Below, piece by piece: positions 12,954 through 25,809 of a DNA stretch of 64,000 bases. The stretch is from Takakia lepidozioides (Eukaryota > Plantae > Bryophyta). The stretch spans positions 82,646,001-82,710,000 of the forward strand of contig CM060732.1 of NCBI GenBank assembly GCA_030704615.1. Reading direction: 5' to 3'. Positions within the stretch are counted from its first letter, which is position 1; each line of letters opens with the position of its first letter. Under the pieces are notes generated by a model. That model worked only from the letters and a program-made list of their open reading frames with translations, did not search any database and had not been told where the DNA came from. The position numbers and the translations under genes are program-made.

Positions 12954-14236
12954 AAAATGGCTACAACAACAACCTAGCTGAGAGAAGGCCCCAATAATTG
13001 ACAATATAAGTTGATTACCAGGCCAAGCTCTAGTGCTAGCAAAATAGATTGTACAAATATGCCTGGAGGGCTGTAGCCGTGTGTCATAACAATGGCTATT
13101 AGCCACGCCCAAACAAAGAAAATTGATGTGGACTCTAGTGAAGAAATGGTGAACAAGCAAGTAAAAAGCAACACATAAGGTTGCAAACATGTAGCTTGTC
13201 TGACTTCTAGAACCGTCGGCCACACTTGTACTGTCATCAGGCATATGAACCAGAAGTGTCACTGCTTTGGATAATGTGGGTATGCACTTGCTTTCCCTCT
13301 GCTAGACTTTTCATTGTTACACAATCCGACAACAAGCACACATACCAGGCTTCGACCACTAAAGCTCCACTCCATGGACCAACAGATTGCGGCTTTCATG
13401 GATGCCATGGGTGCGCAGTCATGGTCGATTTGTGGCAAAAATGCCATTTGCAGACGTAAAATGCCTTTGAAGTCATATCGCAAGTCTGGGGAAGGCGTAT
13501 ATGCGACTGCATGATTCCGGACTCTGCTCAACACAGGTCAAACATGTTTGACCACGAATATTGGCATGGCGGATGTGACTATCAGTCACGGTCATGGCTA
13601 CACTAGAATGACGTGTGCATATTGTTAGACGGACATATGACTTCATGACTCTCACTCTAATGCATTTTGCTAGATCATCACATGGATGATCACTACATGT
13701 CGACACATGCTTTTCTGGTTTTATATATAATATATGAGTATTTATATTTTGAAAAAATGGAAACTTTGACCACTAGATTGAATTAAAAAAAAAAAAAAGA
13801 AAAAAGTGCAAAAGATTTTAAAATAACACATCGGCTGGTAAGTGCACACTGTGTGGCCTTGCTGGTTCGGGATTCAAGCCCGCTGCCCTACCCCCTGCGT
13901 GGGATTGTTCGTGACGGTATGTCCATGTGTTGATCGTCATGTAGGTCTCATGGCCCATAAATGAAAGGGGGTTAATTTTTTCCCCTTCTCAAGGGCATGA
14001 GGTTTCCTTTAAAAAAAAATAAAAAATCAAAAAGTTGCTTATAGGGTTTGCAAAAAGGATAAAAAACTTAAAAAGTTGCCCATCACGGTAGCCGTGAACA
14101 GACTTAGAGCGAGCGAGCGGGAGGGAGGGCAAACATGCATGGGAGGCCCACAGTTGGAGCAACCTTCGCATTTGAAGCAAGCAACCCTAGAAACACTAGG
14201 GTATGTGTGCGAGGAGGTTTCGGCTGGGAGCTCGCC

Positions 14237-14975
14237 GTTCTTGGGAGAGTCTGCTTGGTCTTAGCAGGCCGTGTTTCAATCTTACCCGCTCAGCTGAACC
14301 GTGGTGGTTCTCACAGACCAATCCGACATTACCTGACTACAGACACAAGCAGCACACACAAGAGACAACCGCAATTGCAAGGTGTGGCTTTTGCTTAATG
14401 TACGATGTGAAGAAGTTTGTCCATCCTGCAAATGTGGGCCCTTGGCTCCTGTTAGTACCATGATTTGGTATTCTTCCTGATGTTTACAAGGTTCTTGGGA
14501 GAGTCAGCTTGGTCTTAGCAGGCCGTGTTTCAATCTCTGCCCGCTCAGCTGCACCGTGGTGGTTCTCACTGACCAATCCGACATTACCTTACTACAGACA
14601 CAAGCAGCACACACAAGAGGTACTCTTGGGTTTATGGTCAGTCAAATCCTCCATGGGTCATGACACAAGGTCGAGGACAATGTGGTGAGGGCACCTTTTT
14701 CTTCAGCCTATTTCAGCCTATTTTGCCCTCTCATCAGACTCAGCCCTGAATTTGCATATTGAAGTCTGTAAGTTAGTTCGTTGGGTGGATCTGTGGCGGT
14801 TTGGAGTGACTTTGATGTTACTGCCGATGGCAGCAGGAAAGTATCCAAAAACACATAACTGAGATGAGGAGAAGCTTTGGAATGAACACTTTTCCGACCC
14901 AGTCAATGGTGGGACAAAACATGGAAACAAAAAGGTGAATGCCTGTTGGACTACAGAGAGAAGCAGATGAATTCT
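14237..14975 (+). repeat. Dispersed repeat with an internal ~254-bp partial duplication; homologous (inverted) to 61190-62592
   Basis: GTTCTTGGGAGAGTC..GGTCTTAGCAGGCCGTGTTTCAATC at about 14238 and 14492; reverse complements at about 62004 and 62437; similarity continues to AAAAAGGTGAATGC. Confidence 0.85.
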
Positions 14976-16858
14976 GCAAGTTAGCTGGTTGAGTGAACCT
15001 TATATGTAAGGTTTAGCTTCTCCTTTCTCAAGCAAGGTTTGGCCAACAAATGTGGATGCAGGATCAATGTCATGAAAGAATGTAGTGTGTATGTAGTCTT
15101 AGCTAGCAAGTGCCATAAGTTCTGCTGCTCTTATGCTCTGGAGTGTGATGTGAAGTCTTAGTTTGCACTGGCTTGTGGAGATCTATTGCAAGGTACCATG
15201 GTACAACAAACGATCATTTGGAGTTGTTTGGAAATAAATTCATCTGTGTGGTAGATGGTGGCAAGTGATCATGGCATGACAGATGCAGGCAACCATGGTG
15301 TGCCTCCGATGCAGGCAACCATGGTGGTGCTCCTATCAGGAGACCGATGCGCTGGCCATGTTTATAGCCAAGACAATGGATACTGGCCCCTCCCTTGACC
15401 TGCCTTGTCCTCCTCTTTGCCTCCTCTTTCTTTTGATAGGATGTGACTTTTTGATGCCACTGTCCTCTCTGGGTTAATGAACTTCTATATTTTTGGTGAG
15501 GCAACCACTCTTGAATATTTCAATGCCTTCATTCCCACTTTGAGAATGTAAGAAGCCAAGAAGAAGCACAAGGGTTTGAATCTAGGGGCAAAAGGTGTAT
15601 TAGGAGAAACCAGCAGCCTATTGAAGTAGCATTAAGTGGCAGTGCTTCCAGCTGAAATTTGAAGGCTCCACATTGAGGAAGTCTTTTTTCAGGTCAAATT
15701 GATGTGCAAGTCTTGACACTATATTGGATGGGAGCATCTGGCCATTTTGGACTGGAAACAGCAACACAATCTCTGGACTCTGGCGACGGTTGATGTAGCG
15801 GGTGCATACATTGTGGGTCTCTCTGCCCTTATTATCTTAAGTAGAATTTTTCCAATATTCCTCAAGCCACAGGACTCATTCATTATGATGGATAATTGGA
15901 CAATGACTGAATGGAAGGGATGTGCTCAACTCGACATATCCAATTTTTGAAACTCAACTTTTGGAATATCAATTGATCAACAGTCTCATCAAATCAAACG
16001 CGAACATACTTGGATCCGCAGACACTAGACGTATGGCAGATCCCGGATCCAAAAGTTGAAGTATTTCCAGAGCTTTTAAAACCCTCAATCCAATTGGTCT
16101 AATCCGGCCAAGCTGAAAGAGTAAATGAGTCGGGTTTTCACCATGACCAAGGTAGATTTGGATGGGTGTGCTAACAGCTAGATCGGCTCAAACAGAAGCA
16201 GGAAGTGATCATGCAGCGTCCAAAGATTATCAAAGAGCTGAAACAAAAAGGGCATGGTGTTTTGGATTGCTGACTGCCGCCCTTCACACTATATACCTTT
16301 TCTTTTGGGTTTTGGACTCCATTTGTACACTGACTAGGCGGTAGATGCCAGACCCAGCATCATCCTTTTGCCAAGTTCGGTGAATTGCCAGCCTTTAACC
16401 CTTAAAGGGCCCGCCATTGGGCAAATTTCACCCTCCAATAGAGTGACCCCTGGCGAGTTGGCTTAGGCTACACACCTACCTTGTTACATCCAAAACAAAA
16501 TGAACCCTATCAGATTCACCTTGGCTATCATGTACATCAAATTGCGGAGAAATTCACCATACAACAGGATAGATTCTAATGTTTAGTGGGTTTTTTTTTC
16601 TTTCTTTTTTTGGTTTTGTTGTGGATTTTGCAAAGAATGAAATTTGAGCTTAACGAAGCTATTTGAGTGATGGGTTGATTTTTCTTGCTTCTGCCTATCA
16701 CATAATGGTATCCTAGCCTGTGGTTCCCACTGGACCGGTTTAGATGCATGGTGATGCATGAATAGGGGTGAACCTGCACTTAATGGACGTGACCCAGAAC
16801 GAGAACAGGTTAACATGGAAAGTAACCCTAAGTCGTGCTTCGAACTTTGTTTCATCAC

Positions 16859-18060
16859 CTAACCTCCATCAAGGTTCTCCATTTGGCACCAACTTGCTAT
16901 AAGCCACACATGATAGAACCTCGTTTTATCTTACATTTAGGTTTTAAAGCTTGATCAACTTGGATGTGGTTCAAAGTTGAAGTCGACGTACCACCTAGAA
17001 TTATGTAGGATCATACCTCAGCTATATAATTAGGCAACACCCAAACAGATGCATTGAAACGAAGGTTGTTGATATCAATGTGATCTACTCTGGCATGTGA
17101 TATGCCGAGGACACACTTCCAATGCCTGAGAAAGTCCAGGAGGCTTGTTGAATCCCTCAAGATTGTTTTTTGAAGGCTGAATATGTCAAGCTTTGAGCTC
17201 TTAGGTCATTTGCAAGGGAATGTTCTCCAAACTGTCCAGTAACATTGGCATCTACCAAGTAAAACAGAGCAGGTGCGTGAGCAACTTTCTAGTTCATTTG
17301 CGTTGTACAACGGAACCTGCCAAGCAGACTAGGGAAGAGAGAGACTCCTGATGCTACAGATACCTATGAGTGGATCCTGAAATGTAGGGATTGTTGTAAC
17401 TTCTTTGTTTGATACCTTCCAGTACATATGCGCCTCTACTCCCTGTCTATGTAATACGCATTTCATGTGCCTGTGAGTCCATATGGATGCTGTAATCTTT
17501 TTGCAAGTCTGTGTTGTTGACCTCATAGAAAAACCGACAATTAAATGGAATGGATTTTTGTGTCCAAAGGAACAACAACGATTTTTTAGGGCCACCACAA
17601 ATGAATGTTACTCAACATTGATCAAGCTGAATACTGGTATCTTTGGCATTATCAAATGAGTGTTTCTCATCCCTAGTCTGCTCTCATCCCTAGTCTGCTT
17701 GGCAGGCTAGGCTGTACAACGCAAATGAAATACAAAGTTGCTCACGCATCTGCTCTGATTTACTTGGTAGATGCCAATGTTACTCGACAGTTTGGAGAAC
17801 ATTCCCTTGCAAATGACCTAAGAGCTCAACGCTAGACATACACGACCTTTGTTTCAATGCATCTGTTTGAGATCATTCTGTCTAGGCGTTGCCCAAATAT
17901 ATAGCTAAGGTTTGGTCTTGCATATCTCTAGTTGTTGAGTCGGACTTCAGCTTTGAACCACATTCACAGTTCTAGCTTTAAAACGTAAATGTAACGTAAA
18001 CAGAGGTTTTATTATGTGTAGCTTACAGCAGGTCGGTGCCCGAACCTTGATGGAGGTTGG
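16859..18060. repeat. Long imperfect inverted repeat (arms about 16859-17340 and 17680-18060)
   Basis: TTAGGTCATTTGCAAGGGAATGTTCTCCAAACTGTC (17201) is the reverse complement of 17786-17821; AACCTCCATCAAGGTTC pairs with GAACCTTGATGGAGGTT. Confidence 0.92.
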
Positions 18061-18097
18061 AGCGGTCGCAATACCGACCTGAAAGATTGATATGACA

Positions 18098-21000
18098 TTA
18101 CCGGTCCCATGAGGCATTATTGTTACGTGCCAAAGAGTGATGTGAAAATGAGCTGATATCAGTGCTGTAAGATAAATCTTCAGGAAGCATGCCCCAGTCC
18201 GTTTCCCGATTCTCCTCCCACTTCAGAATCTCTCGTATGTACTGGAAGGCGTTTGATACTGTTGTCTTATCGAGAGCGTTGAGCTGGAAAGTAAACAACT
18301 TGTGACTTGTGCAGCTCACACTGTTGAAAAGCTCCTTGTACTTGTGGACAATGTACTGGTATGCTTGCTGGGCTTTGTTTTGGGCTGTGTAGTGTGAGGC
18401 CCCCACAGGACTGAAGTCAGAGAACCACTCACAAGCTGTAAGGGGAGCACCCTTGAAGATCTTGTCAAAGAAGACATCGTATTTGTTCAGTAGCAGCACG
18501 AAAGGGGTATCCTGAAAGCAGGGATGCTTGAGAATGCTCTCAAAAAGGTCCCGGGTTTGGATCATCTTGTTTTGAAGAATGCCTCTATTGTCAGCCCATG
18601 TCAAATCATAATCACTGAGGGCAATACAGAAAACTACAGCACGCACATCCTCGAACATGTCCAGCCACTTGTGGCTATCTCTCATGTCTTTTCCCCCAAC
18701 TCGTATAAGCTGGTACCTGCAGCAACTCATCCACGCAAAGCCATCAAAAGTGTTCTGATACCCTCACTGCAATGGGCTTTCCTGTTTATTTCTTTCTTTC
18801 TCCACTAACAGACATCCAATGCAGACTGCAAAAATGCTCACCTACATGTCGACTCAGTCATTCTTGACCTCTCCTCAATCTAAGCACATTGTTATCAAGC
18901 AATATATATAAGGGTCTATCTGTACTTAAAAAACCAGCCTACACTATCAAATTCCAGTTGTCTTCCTTGCATTCCTTGCAAAAGTGAAACAACCCCTGAG
19001 AGCTTTCTGGTCACTGCTAAAACCTTACAGAATTCCAATCCCTATCGCAGACATCCACACTTTGGCACGGTTATGGCTCAAATGTGAATTCAAAAACGTC
19101 CCTTCACACCTGCTGATCCGAATTACATTCATGACATGGCAGCTTGGGGGGGTCACTCCCCATATTTCCAAAACCACATGAGAACAAATGTAGGGCGTAG
19201 TTTATTTTTTTGAGGTAAATTTTTGAAATGTTTTACTTAGAAAATTTGGTAGGGCAATATCATTTCACCCAGTTTTTTTTAAAAAAAAATGGTCACAAAA
19301 ATTCCAGAGTTTTACCAAAAACATTAATGTAATAAAAGGTTTTATCTACAGTATAACGTACCTGCCTATGCTGTCCGATGATAATTAAATCCCAAAATAG
19401 GCTGCCGGAAAATTTAAAACTAAAACCCACCCAGTGCCAAATGTCAAGAATTCGACCCCATGACCTATTTCAATGCTCTCAATGTGGGCAAAGCTGTGAA
19501 GAAATTGCAAAATGGCAGAGCTGCAGCTTTATCCGGATTACACAAGACTCTCCATAGAATCTCTTGATGCTGAACAACTGTTTCTGGGCTGGTTGTTGAG
19601 GGTCCGACTTTTTTTGTATCCTGCTTTCTTCTGTCCCATAAGCTCTTTGAGCTTCCCCTGGACATTCTAAGGTTTTCTTTTTCTTCTTTTTCTTTCTTTC
19701 CTTCCCATCTCACACATGCAGCAACATTCCCACTGGCAACCATCATGTTCTGTTTTGCTAATAACAAGGAAGCACCAGGCATAAGGTGATTGCCAGCAGA
19801 TCTTGTACATCAGCTAATGAAGGGCATTCACTCTACAGACTGGTCATTGTTGTTGAACTAGTCATTATAGGGGGGATGTCTTGACCTTACCTGCCAATGG
19901 CAGATGGACACTCGCTTTCCTGCCAGGACCCAGACAAAGGAACCTTGTCCTCCAAGCAGAACTCAATCTGCACTAGCCCAGAGCCTTGGCTCAGCCCCTC
20001 CGCCCGCAGTATGTCATCCTCAGTTGGCCCGAACTCATTCCCTGATACCTCCATCACCTGTATGCTTTATAGTGGAAAAGTCAACAACTTGTACAACTGC
20101 TGAATCCAATTGCTGTGTCCAGCTACTTGAACCACAGTCAAAAACTGATGACTCAAGTTAGCTGCTAGTTTCCAGAGGGAAAAATCCTTGTTTTCTAACA
20201 GCACAGAGCTGTCCTTTTGGCTGCTACTTCCATCCATATGTTGCATTTCTGTGTCTTCATTTCATTTGACATGCCTCATTCCATCGTGTGCTTTGGTAGT
20301 GGAGGTAACACTGAACCTGTCATTCGTAAAAAAAATCTTGGCTCGGAAATTCAAAGGAAAGCCGCACTGCAGATGTCTAACAGGAAAGTTCTGCTCAATC
20401 CAATCGCACAACGAAATCAACAGCTATTTGAGCAACTTATCCACATTATTAGTCAACCACTAACCATGTGTATCCAGCGGTTGTAACTGCTGTTAACAGA
20501 GCCAAACACAAGGATGACATGAGGCTTACGAGGTGACGTGAAAAAAAAAAGAGGAACCCTACCCTTTCCAGGAAGTAGCCTGCAACAGCAGAGAGGGAAT
20601 GAAGCTCTTCTTTGTTGTGGTAAGTAGCCTTGATTGCTCGATCATTCCACAATTCCCTGATGATGGGTGCATATTCTTGTGCGCGAATGCCTGCAGGGGA
20701 GAAAGGCTCCAAGGTTCCATTTCTCATATTGTCCAAAAACCTGTCCCCCACTTGCTTCAACCGTGTGTCCATGGAATACACACTTTTTGCCCTGAGAGAC
20801 GTGAACTTTTGTTCCCTGAATTCTTCACTCATGCCTGCCATGTTCCAAAACGTCGAATTGGATGACGGTGACTAGTTATTGCGCAGTAGAAGAGTAAGAT
20901 ATTCTTCAGCCAACAGGGGCTAGACTCAACAGCTGGGGGGCAGTAGCTGGACTTAGCTCAACCTAAGTTCTTGCAAACCACAATGATGATACATTTATAT

Positions 21001-24000
21001 AGATGATAATGTGAGTTCCCCCCAGCTCAGCCTAAATTCAGACAGAAAACATGCAAGTGACCCACACACTGATTTCCCAGACCTGCTGGAGGCAGGGCAC
21101 AAAGATCAATGCTATCCCCAATATTGAGTGCTGCTGACGCGCTCGGCTGTGACTGGGCTTGGATATCTGCTAGATCGTCCTCCTCAAAACGCTCACGACC
21201 TTCTAATAAAATACTCATATACTTGTAAATGTTGGTCTGAATTAGCAACTTGAAGTTGGTCTTCTCTTCTGGAGTGAACCCATCTTTGTACAGACAATTG
21301 GCCTGTTCCACAAAAGCATCGAAAGAAAAGGTCAACATAAATTGCCATAAGTTAGGAACCAGGATATGCTTCCACACACCGACACACTCTGTCTTTCTCT
21401 GCTTTGAAAGAAATGTAACTTTGATTCGTTGAAACCCAGAGGCCATTTGGGTCCTTGATCAAAACTTTGGGACTCTAGGAATGGCTGAGGGGTTCTCGAC
21501 ACTAGGTAGACATTCCCACTAAGAGTAGGCTGCTTACCTCCATACAGTAAGTCAAGCTCTGAACAGCAACTGATGTGTGGGCATGATGTGAATTGGAATT
21601 GCGATCGTTGACGATTGCAATTCCTACAGCTGCAATGGAGCTGAGACTGTGCGTGTGAAAAGAAAAAACAACATACTGCAAGATCCAGGCTTCGAAGCCG
21701 ATTCTGAAGCAGCTGACGGGGGGGGGGGGGGCCAATAATATCTGTCATTCTCAGGGTGCATTATCTACCACCAGAAGGCTGAGCACTGCAAGTAGAGTCT
21801 AATTGCTACATGTCCACTACTGGTCTATGTGGTCTACGTGGGCTACGCTCACTGACCTGCTTGAAAATAGTGCTCCTGCCAGAGCCCTCAAGCCCCAGCA
21901 AAAGAAGCTTGTGGAGCTTGTCCTTCTCCAAATAGTCTGGATATTTGGAGAAACCATTGGCAGTCTCACTCCTCCCATGCAACATCGATACAGGCGTTGG
22001 CAGTGAGAAGAATGGATAGAGGAACCTGATTGACGCCTGCAACAGCAGCATCCCACATCTCAGTCAAGACATACACACAAATTGAATAAATTTCTTGCTT
22101 CCGGTGAAAGTAAGATATTTCCTTTCTCTTCTTCCAGCTGCTACAAGGAAATTATTTAAAAATAAGTAATGCAGACAAGTTGGATTTTGAACAACCATTC
22201 AAGCATGTAGAAATGTCTAAGCATCTACTCTTCCATCCATCTCCCACCCCGTCCCTCATTTTTCTCTGTAGGTTTGTCAGTCTACAGGACACCACGTCAT
22301 ATTCACAGATGCCAAAGTTTTTCACAGTACTAATAAACCAAAATTAAAATCCCTATTGCCAACAGCGAAAATTTGGGAAGGTGTCTGGGGATCTAACAGT
22401 GTCCTAACAGTTGCAGAGAGAAGTTCAAGCTAATAATTCAAGGTAATAATAGGAATAGTATAGTTAATGGGTCTACTGGTCATAATTCTAATAATAGCTG
22501 CATCTAGGAATTCTGATCAATACACAGCGCATAAAACATCTGAAAGCCTTACCTTTCCCCAAATTTTTCCTTTTATATTGTTGAATCCCTCTTCTGAATA
22601 CGACCCATCGCACTCCACCCACAAATGGGTGCTGGGCGGACAGTGCACCCCTGACAGCTGCACAAACATATCACTATATGTTTCAGAAGTTGAGGCACTT
22701 GCATATGACTGTTATCAGTGAGATGATTTACTGGAAAAGAATATCACTCTGAAGACTTCTGACAAACTCCCTGATCAGAGGAGTCAACCAAAACACATTC
22801 GTTCTTAACAAGTTTAATACTAAAACGGTCTGCTTCCAAAATGGTCTACTTATTTGCAGCAGCCACACCTTCAATATTCGTAGTTCCCGCTTGCCAAGCT
22901 CCCGACCATTCATCCACACTCGGGTTGATCCATTGCTGGCATCTGATTTCAATCGACCACCCACTTTTAACAAAGGACTCATGAAGCTGTCTGGCCTGTG
23001 CCCCTCCTGTCGTCCCACAAGCAAACCCAATAAGCTCCAACCAGAACTTCCAGACTTCAATGTCCAACTATGAACCTGTGAGCCCTGTGTGACAGAGGAG
23101 TCTACCATGATGGATTGCAAGTGCACTAACTCAGGTAAGGGTTCATTTCTTCCTGCAATTTTTCAAGTCAATGTTGAAACTTCTAAATCATTCATTCATT
23201 GCACTTTCAACTCTAGGAATAGGATCTGCTGGCCAGCTTTACACAGAAAACACTCTGCATGAAGCTCCACAACTTGGCAGCAGAAACAATCAAGCATGTA
23301 AGGCTAGACAAATATCACAACTGAGTGGATCTGGACTGACAGGGCCACCAAAGCCTGTGCCCTGGGTTCATTACTACACCACCTGGGAGTTTTGAGGTGT
23401 CTGTCATGCTTGATCTAATAATTCACAGTATCTGAGTCAATGGGAAGCAAGAGCGAAAATACTGATGTACATGTATAGTTGTTCAAACACTCATCTTTGA
23501 CTTTGGTTCTGGGACAGTACGTGATATGGTCCTGGAGTGATTTGATCTACATGAAAAGGGCACAGTTGCTTACCTTTCCCCAAAGTCCTGTCTGACCATC
23601 GTACCAGTACCTTCCAGGCTTCAGTTTGAGAGGAGGTTTGCTGCATCGAAGTAATATCCCCATCTCTTCAGGCGACAGCTTAGTGCCATTCACCCATAAT
23701 TGCTCTGGTCGTAGCTGATTGACTGGACACTCCTTCTCAGCCTTCATAATCTGCTGCACTTCTAGAGGAATGAGCAGTTTCTTCAAAAGCCTGGAACATT
23801 TCCCGATGTAGGGTCTCCTTGACTCATGGATTGGTTGCCCAATACAGCCAACACACTTACGACCCTCAGGCATGGACCCCATAGCTCTCAAGGTACACTT
23901 GCTGCAGTACTTGGTGTTGCAAACCATGCACATTTCTTTCTTCTGCAAGCGGTGGTATTTCAAACAGCTATAGCATCCCCCCTTCTTCTGGTGCTGCATC

Positions 24001-25809
24001 TGCGAGGACATGAGTTTGCTGTTCGCATTCCCAGGAAGACTTGCAGGCTCACTAGTGATCGCCAGTGTACTTGAAGGAGGGTGGTAAGTCTGTTGTTCAG
24101 ATGGCAAGGTTAAAGGCTCTGAAGGAGATGCTGCAATGGAGGGTGATGCCAAACGTGAAGGACACATGAGCATCTCATCAATTTCAGGTGATGATGACTT
24201 TTGGGAAAGAGAGGGTGCACTACTAAGAATGAGTGCACCAGAAGTTGCAGAGCTAGTTGACGCTAGGGAATCAGGTAGGTCTCCAGGAACAGATCTGATC
24301 CTCTCTTGGACCTTGCTGGAATTCTCTAAAGGATCAGAATTGGAAGCCATCCTATATTTCTCTTGAGCCTTCGTGAGTATTGCCACTTCTGGGACCAAAC
24401 AACTTAAATCCACTTTCTTCTTGGCTAGTGTCAAGGCCTGTGGAATGGCAACCTCTTGATGATTGCTGGGAACAGATGAAGGGATACTCGCTGCTGAGGA
24501 ACGTCCATGAGACCCTGGGCATGTAGTTGGCACAGGCTCTTGGATCAATGGTGCAGTGCCCAACCTGCTAGTGAGAAACTGCTGCCCTGTTGCTCCAGAG
24601 GGAACAGATTTTCCCAGCACCCTCCGAACCTCAACTTCAACATTTGTTCTCAATCTGTGCAGTTTGTCTCGTGGGGATACCGATTCTTTGGGGCTGGCTA
24701 CAACAAGTGATGTGGACAATTGAGTGCCTGCCATCTCCTGGGGCCTAATAATGCTTACCTCCAAAGGCGCAACCTTTGGCACATCCCAGCGGATTGGCTG
24801 CCCACGGTATTCAAGTGCAAAAGAATAATCCAAACTGGTTGGATTAGGTGGGGAATCCCCCATGAAGCTTAGAAGTTCTGCCATCAATGGTTCCTCAGAT
24901 GAACTGGAATGTGCCGTCTCTTGCAAATTGGCTGCCACCATGGAAGGCTCGGCCTCAGCAGACCCATCAGCACCACCAGACAGTCTCAGTCTCTCATCAG
25001 TGAGCTCTGAGAAAGAAGGATCTCGAACGCACAATCCATGCACGGCTGTTTCTGGCACTGCTTGCACCACTGATGGGCTGGAGGTAATTGAGTTTGAGCT
25101 CCACTGAAGAGGGGATGCAGGATGAAGAGGCTCTGGAGATGCAGGGCTTGGGAAGCTTGTACGGGAGAACCTAAACCCAGAACCTGCAGCAGAGCTTCTC
25201 CTGGCAGGCATAAGTACGGAACCAACTAGTAATCACGCATGACTTATTTGCCTATTGACAGACCTCAACTCCTGACATCATCTCCTGGGAACAAGCACCT
25301 GGTTAGAAGGTAAATACTATCCAGTTTGATCCAGGGCAAGAGATTTTCAAAATTATCTCCAAATAGAAAATACTGACCTCCATTTTGCACAGGAAACACC
25401 ACAATTGAGGGTGCATGTTGCCTGCTAGTGGACAAGCTCCTCTCTGTGCAAGATTGAGAGGTATTTGCCACATTCGTACTGTCATCTCCATCCATAGAAC
25501 TTAAAAACGAGCATGGGATGTCCACCTTCAATGGTGTGCCTGTTTGTCCCTCCGACGATGTCACCTCCTTCGTCAACGATGCTTCTGTTGCAGCTGAATC
25601 TGCTTGCGTGTCTGAGTATTCGGCAGTCTGGGAGGTGCCTATGCTTAGTGTGTCTAGATACCTGATGGCGTCCGTACAGCCTGCATAAAATTTTCGATCG
25701 GCTTCTCCACTACCATGCCAGCTCTCGCGTCCAAGAATTGACAAGGCAGACAGAGGGGGAATCGTCAAGCAGTCTTCTGGATGAAGACAGCCATGCAAAA
25801 CGTAGGTGC
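18098..25809 (-). CDS. XLG: Extra-large GTP-binding protein (XLG); start codon not resolved
   Basis: Exons about 25809-25378, 25225-23574, 23006-22869, 22657-22553, 22036-21857, 21302-21083, 20834-20563, 20057-19891, 18716-18098 with GT-AG introns. YSFALEYRG motif; Cys-rich domain ([26 protein letters not shown]); YWYD..GLWGK; G-alpha domain GLEGSGRST and LLLNKYD. Confidence 0.93.

Noticed and set aside
25-12997. Numerous + strand ORFs over the LTRs and gag-pol
   Set aside because: Antisense shadows of GC-rich retroelement sequence with no recognisable domains.
13830-13890. tRNA/SINE-like GGTTCGGGATTCAAGCCC
   Set aside because: No cloverleaf, tail, TSD or second copy is visible.
13691-15087. 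CACTACAT...ATGTAGTG as a second CACTA around the 14-kb repeat
   Set aside because: The flanking trinucleotides differ (GAT vs TGT) and the match is only 8 bp; not supported, though not excluded.
19465-19545. Short RTEX-like RT fragment in an XLG intron ([11 protein letters not shown])
   Set aside because: Probably real, but too short to delimit as a feature.
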